A stretch of DNA of 64,000 nucleotides from an uncultured cyanobacterium (GCA_963697335.1 CAVONQ010000018.1:192001-256000); one strand, 5' to 3'. Numbered from the stretch's first letter, positions 37,653-50,396 are shown. The notes: a model not told the origin generated them from the letters alone. A program made the numbers and translations.

Positions 37653-38590
37653 CAGTGGCCCCCCTTCGCCTCCACCGCTGCCTCAGGCGGCGCCTCGTTG
37701 CCGTTGTCCATCGCCCGGGCCATGGCCTCGGTGGAGCGCTCCCGGCTGTAGTGGAGCAGGTGCTCAAGAAACAACCGGTTGGCCTCGGGAAAGCGGGGCG
37801 ACTCGGCCAGGGGCAGCCGGCCGGCGGCATCGAGCCCGGTCTCCCCCTCCATGGCCGGAGTGATCACCACCAGATCGGGCGGCAGGGCGGCCTCGTAGCG
37901 CCACCAGCGGCTGGGATCCCGGACGGCCGGATGCACCGGCTGGGCTGGGATCAGGGCCTCGGCCTGGCTGCTGCCCTTGCCGCGGGCCTGCCTGGCCAGC
38001 ATCGTCTGGCGCCGCTTGGCCAGCTCGGCCAGCAGCTGGGCCCTGGAACGGCCCCGCAGTTGGAACAGCACGAAGGGATCCTCACTGAAGCGCTCCCCCA
38101 TCAGGTAGAACACCGCACTGACGTGCTTGCAGGGGTTGGTCTTGTCCGGACAGGTGCACTCGCTGCGCACCTCCTGCAGCTTGAAGGGAAACAGCCGCTT
38201 GCCGGAGGCGGCGAAGGCCCGCTCGATGTCTTCCGGCATCACGCCGGCCAGCAGCTGGGCTGACCAGCGGGCGTTCTGGCTGAGGGCCTCCAGCACATAG
38301 CCCCAGTCATCGTCGTTGAGCACGTCGAGCCAGAGCTTCACCTTGTAGGGATCGTCGCCGCTGCCCTGCACCCGGGCGTGCACCCGTCGCCCCTCGAATC
38401 GGATCGAGGTGACGTTGCCGGAGCGGGCATACTCCCAGGCCCGTTCCAGCCGTTTCTTGAAGCGGTAGGAGTTGATCAGCTCCATCCATTGGGCCACCCA
38501 CCAGGCCTGCTGGCCGAGTCCCTCGTTGCCGAGCTGGGTGGTGATGGCCTGGGTGGGGGTCCCGGAGCCGGGCATGGTGAAACCGGGCAT
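37652..38590 (-). CDS. SWIM zinc-finger protein
   Basis: RLERA..YARSG.V, VQGS, CTCPD...PCKH, DPFVLFQLRG. Confidence 0.95.
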   Translation of the reverse strand: MPGFTMPGSGTPTQAITTQLGNEGLGQQAWWVAQWMELINSYRFKKRLERAWEYARSGNVTSIRFEGRRVHARVQGSGDDPYKVKLWLDVLNDDDWGYVLEALSQNARWSAQLLAGVMPEDIERAFAASGKRLFPFKLQEVRSECTCPDKTNPCKHVSAVFYLMGERFSEDPFVLFQLRGRSRAQLLAELAKRRQTMLARQARGKGSSQAEALIPAQPVHPAVRDPSRWWRYEAALPPDLVVITPAMEGETGLDAAGRLPLAESPRFPEANRLFLEHLLHYSRERSTEAMARAMDNGNEAPPEAAVEAKGGH

Positions 38591-38594
38591 GGTG
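38568..38594. repeat. 12-bp direct repeat with 15-bp period duplicating the SWIM start codon
   Basis: CCGGGCATGGTG at 38568 and 38583 (encodes MPGFT-MPGSG). Confidence 0.8.
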
Positions 38595-38619
38595 GAAGGG
38601 GGCCCAGGAAAGCAGGACC

Positions 38620-39273
38620 TCAGCCCCCAGTCTTGCCGACGCAGGGCCTGCCTGGCGCTGACACCAACGCACTGCAGGTCAGGGCCAGCACCAGGGCATT
38701 GAGCCCATGCCAGAGCGCATGGGTGCCGAGCGGTTGGATGGGGCAGATCAGCAGGTCGATGCTGCGCAGGCCCAGGGAGATCAGGAACAGGGCAGCCGCG
38801 GCCAGCAGGCCGACGCCCCGACCCTGCAGCAGGCTATGGATGCCGAGCAGCCCCAACACCAGTAGGGCAGGCGCGTAGGCCAACGAACCGTTCAGCAGCC
38901 CTGGCTGACCCCGGCTGATCAGGGTGGCGGCTAGGAACAGCGCCAGCAGGGCCTGTGACGGCAGGGGAGCCAGTCCAGTCCACCGCCGCAGATAGAGCCA
39001 GAGGAAGACAAGCTGGAACGCCAGGATCGGCAACACGTCCGCCAGCAGGGTCCAGGGGGTGGCGATGGTGTGGAACAGGGTGCTGCCCACGCCGATCCCC
39101 ACCACCAGCGCCACCAGGGTCGCCACCCCCCTATCCCGCCGGCCGGGCTGTTGCCGGGCCCGGCGATGGATCCACCAGGCGGCCAGGAAAAAGGCGCCAT
39201 TGCTGAGGGCGTTCACCGGTTCCGCCAGCAGGCCGGGGCCGAGCCGCTCGCAGTAGAGGTCGATGGGCGCCAT
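38620..39273 (-). CDS. Ceramidase-domain (CREST superfamily) membrane hydrolase
   Basis: DLYCER...AEPVNALSN, GSTLFH (SxxxH), D, GTHALWH (HxxxH). Confidence 0.9.
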   Translation of the reverse strand: MAPIDLYCERLGPGLLAEPVNALSNGAFFLAAWWIHRRARQQPGRRDRGVATLVALVVGIGVGSTLFHTIATPWTLLADVLPILAFQLVFLWLYLRRWTGLAPLPSQALLALFLAATLISRGQPGLLNGSLAYAPALLVLGLLGIHSLLQGRGVGLLAAAALFLISLGLRSIDLLICPIQPLGTHALWHGLNALVLALTCSALVSAPGRPCVGKTGG

Positions 39274-39302
39274 GCCGGGCAGGCCGTCCAGGGGGATCGT
39301 CG

Positions 39303-42300
39303 TCAGTCTTCAAGCCTCACCAGGTCCTTGAGCTGGCCCACGTCCATGCCCCCCAGCCACTCCTCGCCTGAGCCCACGATGTCTTCGGCCAGCCGTGACT
39401 TCTCCCGGATCATCCGGTCGATCTTCTCCTCCACCGAACCGCTGGTGATGAACTTGTGCACCAGCACCCGGTTCTGCTGGCCGATGCGGTAGGCGCGATC
39501 CGTGGCCTGGTTCTCCACGGCCGGATTCCACCAGCGGTCGATGTGGAACACGTGGCTGGCGCGGGTGAGGTTGAGGCCCACACCGCCGGCCTTGAGCGAC
39601 AGCAGGAACAGCTGGGGGCCGCGGGGGTCGTCCTGGAAGCGGTCGACCATGGCCTGGCGCTCGGTCTTGCTGGTGCTGCCGTAGAGGAAGGGCACCTCCT
39701 GGCGCCATTTCCGCTCCAGGTGGGCCTTCAGCAGCAGGCCCCATTCGGCGAACTGGGTGAACAGCAGGGCCCGGTCGTCCGCTTCGATCACCTCCTCGAG
39801 GATCTCCTCCAGGCGCTGCAGCTTGGCGCTGCGGGCAGCGAACCCATCGAAGAAGTGGGGGTCGTCGCTGCTGGGCTGCTGGCGCAGGGCCAGGGCGGGG
39901 TGGTTGCACACCTGCTTGAGCCGGGTGAGCAGGGCCAGCACCTGGCCGTGCTTCTGGCCCAGGGGCGCCCTGGCGATGGCGTCCATGCTCTCGTCCACGG
40001 TGCGGGTGTAGAGCTTCTTCTGCTCGGGGCTGAGCCCCACCCATTCGTGCAGCTCCACCTTGTCCGGCAGGTCGGAGATGATCGAGCGGTCGGTCTTCAG
40101 GCGCCGCAGGATGAAGGGCCCGACCCGGGCCTTGAGGTCGCGCAGGGAGGCCATGTCGCCATAGCGCTCGATCGGCAGCCGGTAGCGCTGGTGGAAGAAG
40201 GCCTCATCGCCGAGCACCTTCGGATTGAGGAAGTCCATCAGGGCCCACAGCTCGCTCACCCGGTTTTCCACCGGGGTGCCGGTGAGGGCGATGCGGAAGC
40301 GGCTGCTGCGGCCGGGTCGGCCCAGGTCGCGGGCGGCCATCGACTGCTTGGCGCCGGGGTTCTTGATCGCCTGGGCCTCGTCGATCACCACCCCCTGCCA
40401 GTCGATGCTCTCCAGCAGTTCGCTGTCGCGCTGCACCAGCCCGTAGCTGGTGAGCATCAGATCCACGCCCTTGAGGGCCTTCTTCAGGGCCGCCTCACTG
40501 CTGGGCCGCCGGGGGCCGTAGTGCTCACGCACCACCAGATCGGGGGTGAACCCATGGGCCTCCCGCTTCCAGTTGGTGAGCACCGAGGTGGGCGCCACCA
40601 GCAGCACGGGCCGCTTCAGTTCCTCCTCGGCCTTGAGGTGCTGCAGGAAGGCCAGCAGCTGGATCGTCTTGCCCAGGCCCATGTCATCGGCGAGGCAGGC
40701 CCCCTGGTCGAAGCGGTGCAGGAAGGCCAGCCAGCCCAGGCCGCGCTCCTGGTAGGGCCGCAGCTGGCCGGAGAAGCCCGGCGGGGCCGGCAGCGGATCA
40801 GGGGCCTTCTGCTGGTGGTACTGCTCCAGCACCGCCTGCAGCCGCGGGCCGGCGATGAAGGCATGGGCCGGCAGGCGGTGGAAGGTGTCGCCGTCGGTGG
40901 CGGTGAGCCGCAGGGCGTCGTCGAGGCTGAGTTCGGGGTCGGCGGCGCAGAAGCGCATGGCGTTGCGCTGGTCGTTGGGGCGCAGCTCGATCCAGACCCC
41001 CTTGTGCTGCACCAGGGGGCTGCGCTTGGCGGCGAGCCGCTCCAGATCGCGCAGGGTGAGGGTGACCCCGCCGATCATGAAGTCCCAGCTCCAGTCGAGG
41101 GTTTCGCCGAGGGTGAAGCCTCGGGAGGTCTTGGAGAGTTCGGCGGTGATGGCCAGGCCCAGGCGGCTGGCCAGGCCGCCGGAGAGGCTGGCGGGCAACA
41201 CCACCCCCACCCCCACATCACGCAGCTGGGCGGCGCCGGTGCGCACCAGCACGAAGGCCTCGGCCGGGGTGAGCTGCATCGTGGTGGGGGTGGCCGAGTC
41301 CAGGCCCCGTTCGAGTGGTTGGAACACCGTGAGGGCGCGACCGAGGCCCTCCAGCAGCAGCTCGCTGGGCTGGGGCACCGCCACCTCGCCCAGCTGCAGG
41401 CCGCGGGTGCCCGCCGCCCAGGCCACAGCCGCCGGCACCCGCAGGCTGGGATCGGCCTCGGCCTGGAGGCTGAAACTCAGCTCCCAGAGCTCATCGCCCT
41501 CGGCTGGGGTGAACAGCTCGAGGCAGGCCCGGGCCGGGGCCACCTTGCCGGCCACGGCCTCGCGCCAGTGGTGGGTGGCGATCACGAGCCGCTCCTCGTC
41601 CTCCTCGTCGAGGTGGAGGCTGCCGTCGCCTTTGGCCAGGGCCTTCTGCCAGGCCTGCAGCAGCGGATCGAGGCCCTCCGGGGCGGGCCTGAAGGTCTCC
41701 CGCAGCTGGCCGTCGAGCAGGGCCTCCACCAGGCTGGCCACCCGCAGCCGGCCACTGCCGGGCCTGCGGCAGGCCAGGGAGGGATCGCCCTCGGGGCCGG
41801 CCGCCAGGGCGCAGGTGGCCACCTGGGGAATCCCCATGGCCAGCTGCTCGAGGCGATGGCGGTCGCCCTCCTGGTTGAGCAGGGGCAGCCAGCGGCCGCG
41901 GCCCTCCTCGATCTGGGGCAGCCAGCGGCCGCGGGCGATCAGGCTCAGGGCCCAGCGCTGCAGATGGCTCCACCAGCGCAGCTCGTCGGCCATCTCCGGG
42001 TGCTTGCCCGCCAGGGGCAGCTGGCTGAGCCAGTCGGCGGCGCTGGCCGGATGCAGGGCCCAGCCCTCCACCTGCCAGGGCCACCACTGCAGCTCGCGGG
42101 GGATCGGCTCGCCGGCCTGCAGCGGCAGCCCTGACCAGCTGTGGCCGTTGCTGCCGCGGCGGCCCCGGGCCGCCTGGGTGCGGCTGGGCAGGGTGAGGGT
42201 GGCGCGGGCAGGCCTGAGGGCCTCGGCCCAGTAGCCGTTGTCGTCGAGCCAGTCGGCCAGTTCGTCGGCGTTGAGGGCCAGGGGGTGTTCGGGGGCCTCG

Positions 42301-42407
42301 GCGGCGGGCTGCAGGGGGGTGGCCACTTTCCAGGTGTCGGCCCACAGGAACAGCCGGCCCCCGGGTCCTTCGGGGGGAAACAGCCAGGTGGCGTGCAGCA
42401 GGCTCAT
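39303..42407 (-). CDS. SNF2-family helicase/ATPase (SWIM-associated type)
   Basis: LRPYQ, LADDMGLGKT, DEAQ, LTGTPVEN, LRRLK, SLKAGGVGLNL, WWNP, QATDRAYRIGQ. Confidence 0.97.
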   Translation of the reverse strand: MSLLHATWLFPPEGPGGRLFLWADTWKVATPLQPAAEAPEHPLALNADELADWLDDNGYWAEALRPARATLTLPSRTQAARGRRGSNGHSWSGLPLQAGEPIPRELQWWPWQVEGWALHPASAADWLSQLPLAGKHPEMADELRWWSHLQRWALSLIARGRWLPQIEEGRGRWLPLLNQEGDRHRLEQLAMGIPQVATCALAAGPEGDPSLACRRPGSGRLRVASLVEALLDGQLRETFRPAPEGLDPLLQAWQKALAKGDGSLHLDEEDEERLVIATHHWREAVAGKVAPARACLELFTPAEGDELWELSFSLQAEADPSLRVPAAVAWAAGTRGLQLGEVAVPQPSELLLEGLGRALTVFQPLERGLDSATPTTMQLTPAEAFVLVRTGAAQLRDVGVGVVLPASLSGGLASRLGLAITAELSKTSRGFTLGETLDWSWDFMIGGVTLTLRDLERLAAKRSPLVQHKGVWIELRPNDQRNAMRFCAADPELSLDDALRLTATDGDTFHRLPAHAFIAGPRLQAVLEQYHQQKAPDPLPAPPGFSGQLRPYQERGLGWLAFLHRFDQGACLADDMGLGKTIQLLAFLQHLKAEEELKRPVLLVAPTSVLTNWKREAHGFTPDLVVREHYGPRRPSSEAALKKALKGVDLMLTSYGLVQRDSELLESIDWQGVVIDEAQAIKNPGAKQSMAARDLGRPGRSSRFRIALTGTPVENRVSELWALMDFLNPKVLGDEAFFHQRYRLPIERYGDMASLRDLKARVGPFILRRLKTDRSIISDLPDKVELHEWVGLSPEQKKLYTRTVDESMDAIARAPLGQKHGQVLALLTRLKQVCNHPALALRQQPSSDDPHFFDGFAARSAKLQRLEEILEEVIEADDRALLFTQFAEWGLLLKAHLERKWRQEVPFLYGSTSKTERQAMVDRFQDDPRGPQLFLLSLKAGGVGLNLTRASHVFHIDRWWNPAVENQATDRAYRIGQQNRVLVHKFITSGSVEEKIDRMIREKSRLAEDIVGSGEEWLGGMDVGQLKDLVRLED

Positions 42408-42444
42408 CCCAGAGTGTTCAGGACCGGTCTCTCGACCCGGCAGG

Positions 42445-42879
42445 TCAGGGCGTGGGGGTCGGCCCCTCGGCCGACTGGACGCGTTGCGCCAGCAGGCGCG
42501 ATCCGTGCAGCAGCAGGGCGGCGCCGACCAGCGGCAGCCAGGCTCGGATGAGCCCCATCATCACAGTTGGCGCAACCGCCAGCAGCGCGGCCGCTGGCGG
42601 CAGGCCCGCTGGCCAGGGGGCCAGGGCCGGCAGGCCCAGGCTGTGGATGCCACACACAGCCCCCACCAGCCCCGCCTGCAGGTGACCGTCATCGGGGTCA
42701 ACCCGCTGCAGGTGGAAGGCCAGCAGGCCGTAGAAGAAGCCACAGCCTCCGGCCCGCAGGGCAGCCTCCAGCCCCAGCGGCAGCCCCAGCACCAGGGCCG
42801 CGGCGCCCGCCCCCAGCGCCCAGGTAAGGGAGCGCAGGCGCAACTGGCGGCGGGATGGCGGGCTGGCGGCCTGACTCAC
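42445..42879 (-). CDS. Small hypothetical membrane protein
   Basis: Three to four hydrophobic segments; GGCGFFYGLLAFHL.RVDP.D.HLQAGLVGAVCGI. Confidence 0.7.
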   Translation of the reverse strand: MSQAASPPSRRQLRLRSLTWALGAGAAALVLGLPLGLEAALRAGGCGFFYGLLAFHLQRVDPDDGHLQAGLVGAVCGIHSLGLPALAPWPAGLPPAAALLAVAPTVMMGLIRAWLPLVGAALLLHGSRLLAQRVQSAEGPTPTP

Positions 42880-42977
42880 GGCGGCGCCCCGGTGGGGCAG
42901 GGCCTCTGCCGCCCGATCATGCTCCCCGGCTGGCCTGGCCTGCCGCCCCTAACCTTCCCCCTACCCATCCGCTCCCC

Positions 42978-45677
42978 ATGTGGATCTTCTCGCGGTGGCC
43001 GGAACGGCAGGCCCACCTGGTGCGCTGGCTGCTGCTGCTGGGTTGGCTGGCCCTGATCGCCTCGCTGCTGAGTCCGGCCCTGGGGGACTGGGCCCTGCGC
43101 CAGCCCCCCTGCCCTGAGGGCCTGGCCTGCCATGGCCACGGCGGCAACCAGCTGTTCTGGGGCACGGTGGTGCCCAGCGGTCTGCTGATCCTGGCGGCCG
43201 GCAGCCACGAGCTCTGGCGCCGCATCTGCCCACTGGCCTTCGCCTCCCAGCTGTTCCGGGCCCTGGACCTTCAGCGCCGCGTGCTGGGCCGCAACGGCAA
43301 GCCCCAGGTGGCCAAGGTGGAGGGCGACTCCTGGCTGGGGCGCCATCACCTGACCCTGCAGTGGAGCCTGCTGATCGCGGGGCTGTGCCTGCGCTTGCTG
43401 GCGGTGAACAGCAGCCCCCTGGGCCTGGGCCTGCTGCTGGCGCTCACCGTGGTGGCGGCGATCGCCGTGGGCTGGGCCTACGCCGGCAAGGCCTGGTGCC
43501 AGTACGTCTGCCCGATGGGCGCCGTGCAGCAGGTGGTCACCGGTCCCCGCGGGCCGCTGGCGGCTGCCGCCCACCTCGATTCCAGCCGCCTCACCCAGTC
43601 GATGTGCCGCACCGTGGCCGAGGACGGCCATGAGCGCTCCGCCTGCGTGGCCTGCCAGTCGCCCTGCCTCGACATCGACTCGGAACGCAACTACTGGGCC
43701 GGTCTGGAGGGCAAGCGGGGTCTGCGCTGGGCCTGGCTCTCCTATCCGGGGCTGGTGCTGGCCTTCTTCCTGCTCGCCCGCCAGCAGGGGCCGGAGACGG
43801 TCGAGATGCTGCGCAGTGGCCTGTGGGCCTTCGATGCCGACCTGCCCGCCCGGGCCCTCGACCTCTGGCCCCGGGCCGATGCCGGTTGGGGGGTGCCGCG
43901 GCTGCTGGCGATTCCGGCCCTGCTGAGCGCCGCCGGTGCCGGCAGCGTGGCCCTGTTCAGCGGGCTGGAGAGCGGCCTGCGCCAGGGGCTGAGCGGCGAC
44001 CACAGCGCCGAGCGCGCCCGGGCCATGGCCCGCTCCCGCACCCGGCTGCTGGCCACGTTCCTGGCCGTGAACCTGTTCTTCTGGTTCGCCGATCCCAGCC
44101 TCGGGCTGGCGGGGGGCAAGGTGGGCCAGCTGATCCGCTCCCTGGTGCTGATCGCCAGCGCCATCTGGCTGTTCCGCGGCTGGCCCCGCGACGCCGACAC
44201 CTACCGGCGGGAGAACACCAGCGCCAGCCTGCGCAACCAGCTCAGGAAGCGCTTTCCCAATCTGGAGGCCCATCTCGATGGGCGCACCCTCGACGAGCTC
44301 ACCCCCGGCGAGGTGTTCACCCTGGCCAAGGCCCTGCCCGCCCAGCTCGCCGCCACCAGCCAGTCGCTGTACCGCGACGTGCTGGCCGATCTGGTGCGCA
44401 GCGGCCGCCTGGAGCGGGCCACCAGCGCCGTGCAGCTCGAGGAGCTGCGCCTGGCCCTGGGGCTGGAGGAGGCCGATCACCACGCCGCCCTGCGCGAACT
44501 CTCCCTGGAGGAGCCGCAGCTGCTCCAGCTCGACGCCCGCCAGCGGGCCAGCCTCAACCTGCGCGAGGACGCCGCCGCTGAGGCGGTCCACGACCTGCTG
44601 CAGTTCGCCGGCCAGCACGATCTGCGCCCCGGCGCCCTGGACGCCGCCCAGAGCCGGCGGCTGGAGATGATCCGCCAGGATTCCGGCCTCGACGATGGCG
44701 CCTGGCAGGCCCTGCTGCTGCGCTTCGGCCCCCGTTCGGCCTTCGCCCAGCGCCAGCTGAGTGCCGGCCTCGAGGAGTTGCGCGGCGAGCTGGCCCGCAG
44801 CAGCAGCGTGGAGGCCGCAGCCGCCGGCGACGGCCTGCTCAGGCCGCTGTTGCCGGTGATCGATCTGCGCATCGTCGGCCGCCTGCTGCCGCTGCTGCCG
44901 CTGCTGGCCGAGTTCCAGGCCGACGATCCCCTGCTGCGCCAGTTCGCCGCCCTGCAGGCCCTGTTGTCGCCGGGGGTCGTGGGCGAGGTGCATCGCCGCG
45001 ACCTCACCCTGCTGCCCCACCCCGAACCCTTACCCGACCCCCAGGCGCCCCTGGTGCTGGAGCCGCTGCCGGACCCGTTGGCCGTGCTGGAGGACCTCTG
45101 GAGCGACCCCGATCCCGAGAACGCCTTCTGGGTGCTCTGGCTGCTCGACCAGCGGGACCCGGCCCGCGCAGCGCGCTTGCGGCGCACGCCCCGCAGCGGC
45201 CTGCCCAGCTCGGCCCACCTGGAGGCGCTGCTGGCCTCCAGACCGCCGGCTGAGGCGGAGCTGCTGCACCTGCTGGTGCAGGTGCCCCTGTTCGCGGAGT
45301 TGTCGCCTTCGGCCCTGTTCAACGTGGCGGCCTGGGGCCAGCTGCGCGCCTGGCCGGCCGGCGCGGCGATCCTGCGGCCGGGTGAGGAGGCCACCTGGAT
45401 GGCGATCCTGCTGGAGGGCTGCGCCCGCGTCAGCGGCGCGGACTGGCAGGCGCGGGTGGCGGCGGGGGAGACCCTCGGCGAGATGGCCCTGCTCAGCGGC
45501 CGCCCGCGGGGATCGGCCGTCACGGCCCTGGAGCCCGTGCGCGCCCTGGTGTTCGATGCCGCCGCCTTCGAGCAGCTGCTGCACCAGTCCTCCGGCTTTG
45601 CCCGCAGCCTGCTGCGCCAGCAGACCCGCCGCATCGAGCTGTTGAGCGATCATGCCTCCAGTGGGTTGATGACCTGA
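42978..45677 (+). CDS. Polytopic membrane Fe-S protein (NapH/NosR/RdxA-like CxxxCP) fused to a C-terminal cyclic-nucleotide-binding domain
   Basis: WRRICP, WCQYVCPMG, CVACQSPC, about 8-9 TM helices; VPLFAEL...GETLGEMALLSGRPRGSAVTA. ATG at 42978. Confidence 0.85.
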   Translation: MWIFSRWPERQAHLVRWLLLLGWLALIASLLSPALGDWALRQPPCPEGLACHGHGGNQLFWGTVVPSGLLILAAGSHELWRRICPLAFASQLFRALDLQRRVLGRNGKPQVAKVEGDSWLGRHHLTLQWSLLIAGLCLRLLAVNSSPLGLGLLLALTVVAAIAVGWAYAGKAWCQYVCPMGAVQQVVTGPRGPLAAAAHLDSSRLTQSMCRTVAEDGHERSACVACQSPCLDIDSERNYWAGLEGKRGLRWAWLSYPGLVLAFFLLARQQGPETVEMLRSGLWAFDADLPARALDLWPRADAGWGVPRLLAIPALLSAAGAGSVALFSGLESGLRQGLSGDHSAERARAMARSRTRLLATFLAVNLFFWFADPSLGLAGGKVGQLIRSLVLIASAIWLFRGWPRDADTYRRENTSASLRNQLRKRFPNLEAHLDGRTLDELTPGEVFTLAKALPAQLAATSQSLYRDVLADLVRSGRLERATSAVQLEELRLALGLEEADHHAALRELSLEEPQLLQLDARQRASLNLREDAAAEAVHDLLQFAGQHDLRPGALDAAQSRRLEMIRQDSGLDDGAWQALLLRFGPRSAFAQRQLSAGLEELRGELARSSSVEAAAAGDGLLRPLLPVIDLRIVGRLLPLLPLLAEFQADDPLLRQFAALQALLSPGVVGEVHRRDLTLLPHPEPLPDPQAPLVLEPLPDPLAVLEDLWSDPDPENAFWVLWLLDQRDPARAARLRRTPRSGLPSSAHLEALLASRPPAEAELLHLLVQVPLFAELSPSALFNVAAWGQLRAWPAGAAILRPGEEATWMAILLEGCARVSGADWQARVAAGETLGEMALLSGRPRGSAVTALEPVRALVFDAAAFEQLLHQSSGFARSLLRQQTRRIELLSDHASSGLMT

Positions 45678-45680
45678 GCC

Positions 45681-48393
<2,713 letters not shown>

Positions 48394-48437
48394 GAAGCCA
48401 GGGGCTGCCTAGGCTTCACACCCTTCTGAACGGCGTT

Positions 48438-49631
48438 ATGGCCCGCCATTTCTGGGGTCTGTCGGGCTCCCTTGCCACGGCTGCGCTGCTCGGGCCCCTG
48501 GCCATGCTGGCGGCCAGGGCCACACCGGTGAGCTACGAGATCCAGGCCCGTACCGTGTCGGGTCTCGGCGCCGCCGCTGCCGGCGGCGGCCTTTCGGCGG
48601 CCGCTCTGCTGGAGCTGATGCAGGGAGAGGCGCCTGCCTCCATGCGCAGCCTGGAGCTCACCCTGCGCAGCGCCGGGCCGTTGCCGTCGCAACGCAGCGC
48701 GGAACACCGGATTCCCGCCGGCCTCGGCCTGGGTGACGTCCTGCCCCTGCTGCCCGCCGCCGCTGCCGCAGAGAAGAGCGGTTCCCAGGCAAACGCTGAT
48801 GACTGGGATGCCTCCCAAGCCAAGGGGCGTTTGCTGCTGTTCCGGGGCTGCACGGAGGACGGGCCCACCGCACCGGTGCAGGTGATCGAGCTGGCCCAGC
48901 TGCTGCCGGACCAGCGGGCCATGGCCATGGCGCTGGCGCGTCTCGGCCGCCTGGTGGAGACCGCCAACCCTGACCGGGCAACCGGAGCGGTGGTGGGCCG
49001 CTGGCCCAACGCCCTTTCCTCGCCGCCGATCCCCGCCCCCGCATCCCTGGTGGGGGCCCATTCGGTGCGTGGGGCGGCCATCCCGGAGATCGCCTTTGAG
49101 CTCGATCCCGGCGATGACTTTCTCGAGCCGATTGCGCTACAGGCCGCCCTGGTGTCAGGGCGCTGGCAACTCAGCTGGGAGCCCCAGACCGGGGTGCTCG
49201 GCTACCAGGCCATGGTGGCCGGCCCCGGGCAACAGGAGGGGGACCTGGTGATCTGGACCTCCACCGCAGGAGAGCTGGGGGATGGCTCGCTGCTGGGGGC
49301 TCTGGCTCCAGCAGCTTTGGCGAGTGGCTTCATGGCGGACGAGGGTCAGCTGCTGGCGCCCCAGCGCAGCGCCTGCAGCCTGAGTCCCCAGGCCACCGCC
49401 CAGCTGCAGACGGCCGTGCTGCAGTTCAGCGCCCTGGGGGAGCCGGTGCAGCGGCAGGCGCCTGGGGTGGCGCCCGCCTGGCGCCTGCGCCTGGAGCGGC
49501 AGGCCGTGCTGATCGAGCCCCTGCTGGAGGACATCCCCACCCTGTCGCCGGCTGAAGGAGCCCGGGTGGGCCCCCGCAAGCCACCTCTGTTCCAGCGGGG
49601 AGCCTTCAATCTGATTCGCGGCATCTTCTGA
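48438..49631 (+). CDS. Uncharacterised exported protein
   Basis: N-terminal signal-like hydrophobic segment, 397-aa ORF with coding codon bias, ends ...FNLIRGIF. Confidence 0.75.
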   Translation: MARHFWGLSGSLATAALLGPLAMLAARATPVSYEIQARTVSGLGAAAAGGGLSAAALLELMQGEAPASMRSLELTLRSAGPLPSQRSAEHRIPAGLGLGDVLPLLPAAAAAEKSGSQANADDWDASQAKGRLLLFRGCTEDGPTAPVQVIELAQLLPDQRAMAMALARLGRLVETANPDRATGAVVGRWPNALSSPPIPAPASLVGAHSVRGAAIPEIAFELDPGDDFLEPIALQAALVSGRWQLSWEPQTGVLGYQAMVAGPGQQEGDLVIWTSTAGELGDGSLLGALAPAALASGFMADEGQLLAPQRSACSLSPQATAQLQTAVLQFSALGEPVQRQAPGVAPAWRLRLERQAVLIEPLLEDIPTLSPAEGARVGPRKPPLFQRGAFNLIRGIF

Positions 49632-49700
49632 GCATCCGAGCCGGCGGGATGGGCTCTGCCGGGAGCCGACCATGCTGGTCAGCAGTCCTTCCCGCTTGCC

Positions 49701-50396
49701 ATGCGTTGGCTCCCCGCCCTGCTGTTTCCGGCCCTGGTTCAGGTTGTGCAGCCCACCGCTGCTGTCGCCCAGGCCCAGGTGCAGCTCCAGTGCAACGGCA
49801 CCCTGCTCGAGGCCCGCGGCTCGGCGGAGCTCCGGCGGCAGGCCAGCCGCTTCAGCTTTTCCCTGGGCCTGGAGGCCGAGGCCGCTAGCTCCGACCAGGC
49901 CCTGGAGGCCCTCCAGGGGCGTCTGGTCGCCCTGCGCCAGGAGCTCAGGTCCCTGGGGGTGGAGGCGTTGGAGGTGACCTCCCCCAACACCTGGGAGCGA
50001 GGCAGCAGCGGACGCTCACCCGCCGCATGGGTGGCCACGCTGCAGGTGAGCGGCAAGCTCGCTTTGGAGCAGCTGCAGCCCCTGGTGCGCCGGGTGGGGG
50101 GCCTGCCGGGGGTGCGGTTGTCGCCGGTGAGCACCGAGGCCAGCCCCGAACAGGACCGGACCGCCCGCCAGCAGTTGTTGCGGGCCGCTTACCAGGACGC
50201 CCAGCAGCAGGCCCGCGACCTGGGGGCGGTGATGGGCCTGGAGGCGTTGCGGCCGATCCAGGTGCAGGTGGAGGGCGCTCAGCGCCCGGTGTCGCTGCGG
50301 GCCATGGCGGATGCCGCCCCACCCGCCTTCGACCCCGCCGAACTGCCGGCCCCGATCGATCGCCTCAGCCTGCAGGTATGGTTCTGCAGCCGCTGA
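49701..50396 (+). CDS. SIMPL (DUF541) domain exported protein
   Basis: Signal peptide, A...AL..LQ.RL..LR, LL.AAY.DA...A..L...GL pattern. Confidence 0.82.
   Translation: MRWLPALLFPALVQVVQPTAAVAQAQVQLQCNGTLLEARGSAELRRQASRFSFSLGLEAEAASSDQALEALQGRLVALRQELRSLGVEALEVTSPNTWERGSSGRSPAAWVATLQVSGKLALEQLQPLVRRVGGLPGVRLSPVSTEASPEQDRTARQQLLRAAYQDAQQQARDLGAVMGLEALRPIQVQVEGAQRPVSLRAMADAAPPAFDPAELPAPIDRLSLQVWFCSR

Noticed and set aside
37652..42407. SNF2/SWIM as an anti-phage defence system
   Set aside because: Host-like GC, backbone context and no nuclease or methylase partners; it matches the widespread SWIM-SNF2 pair.
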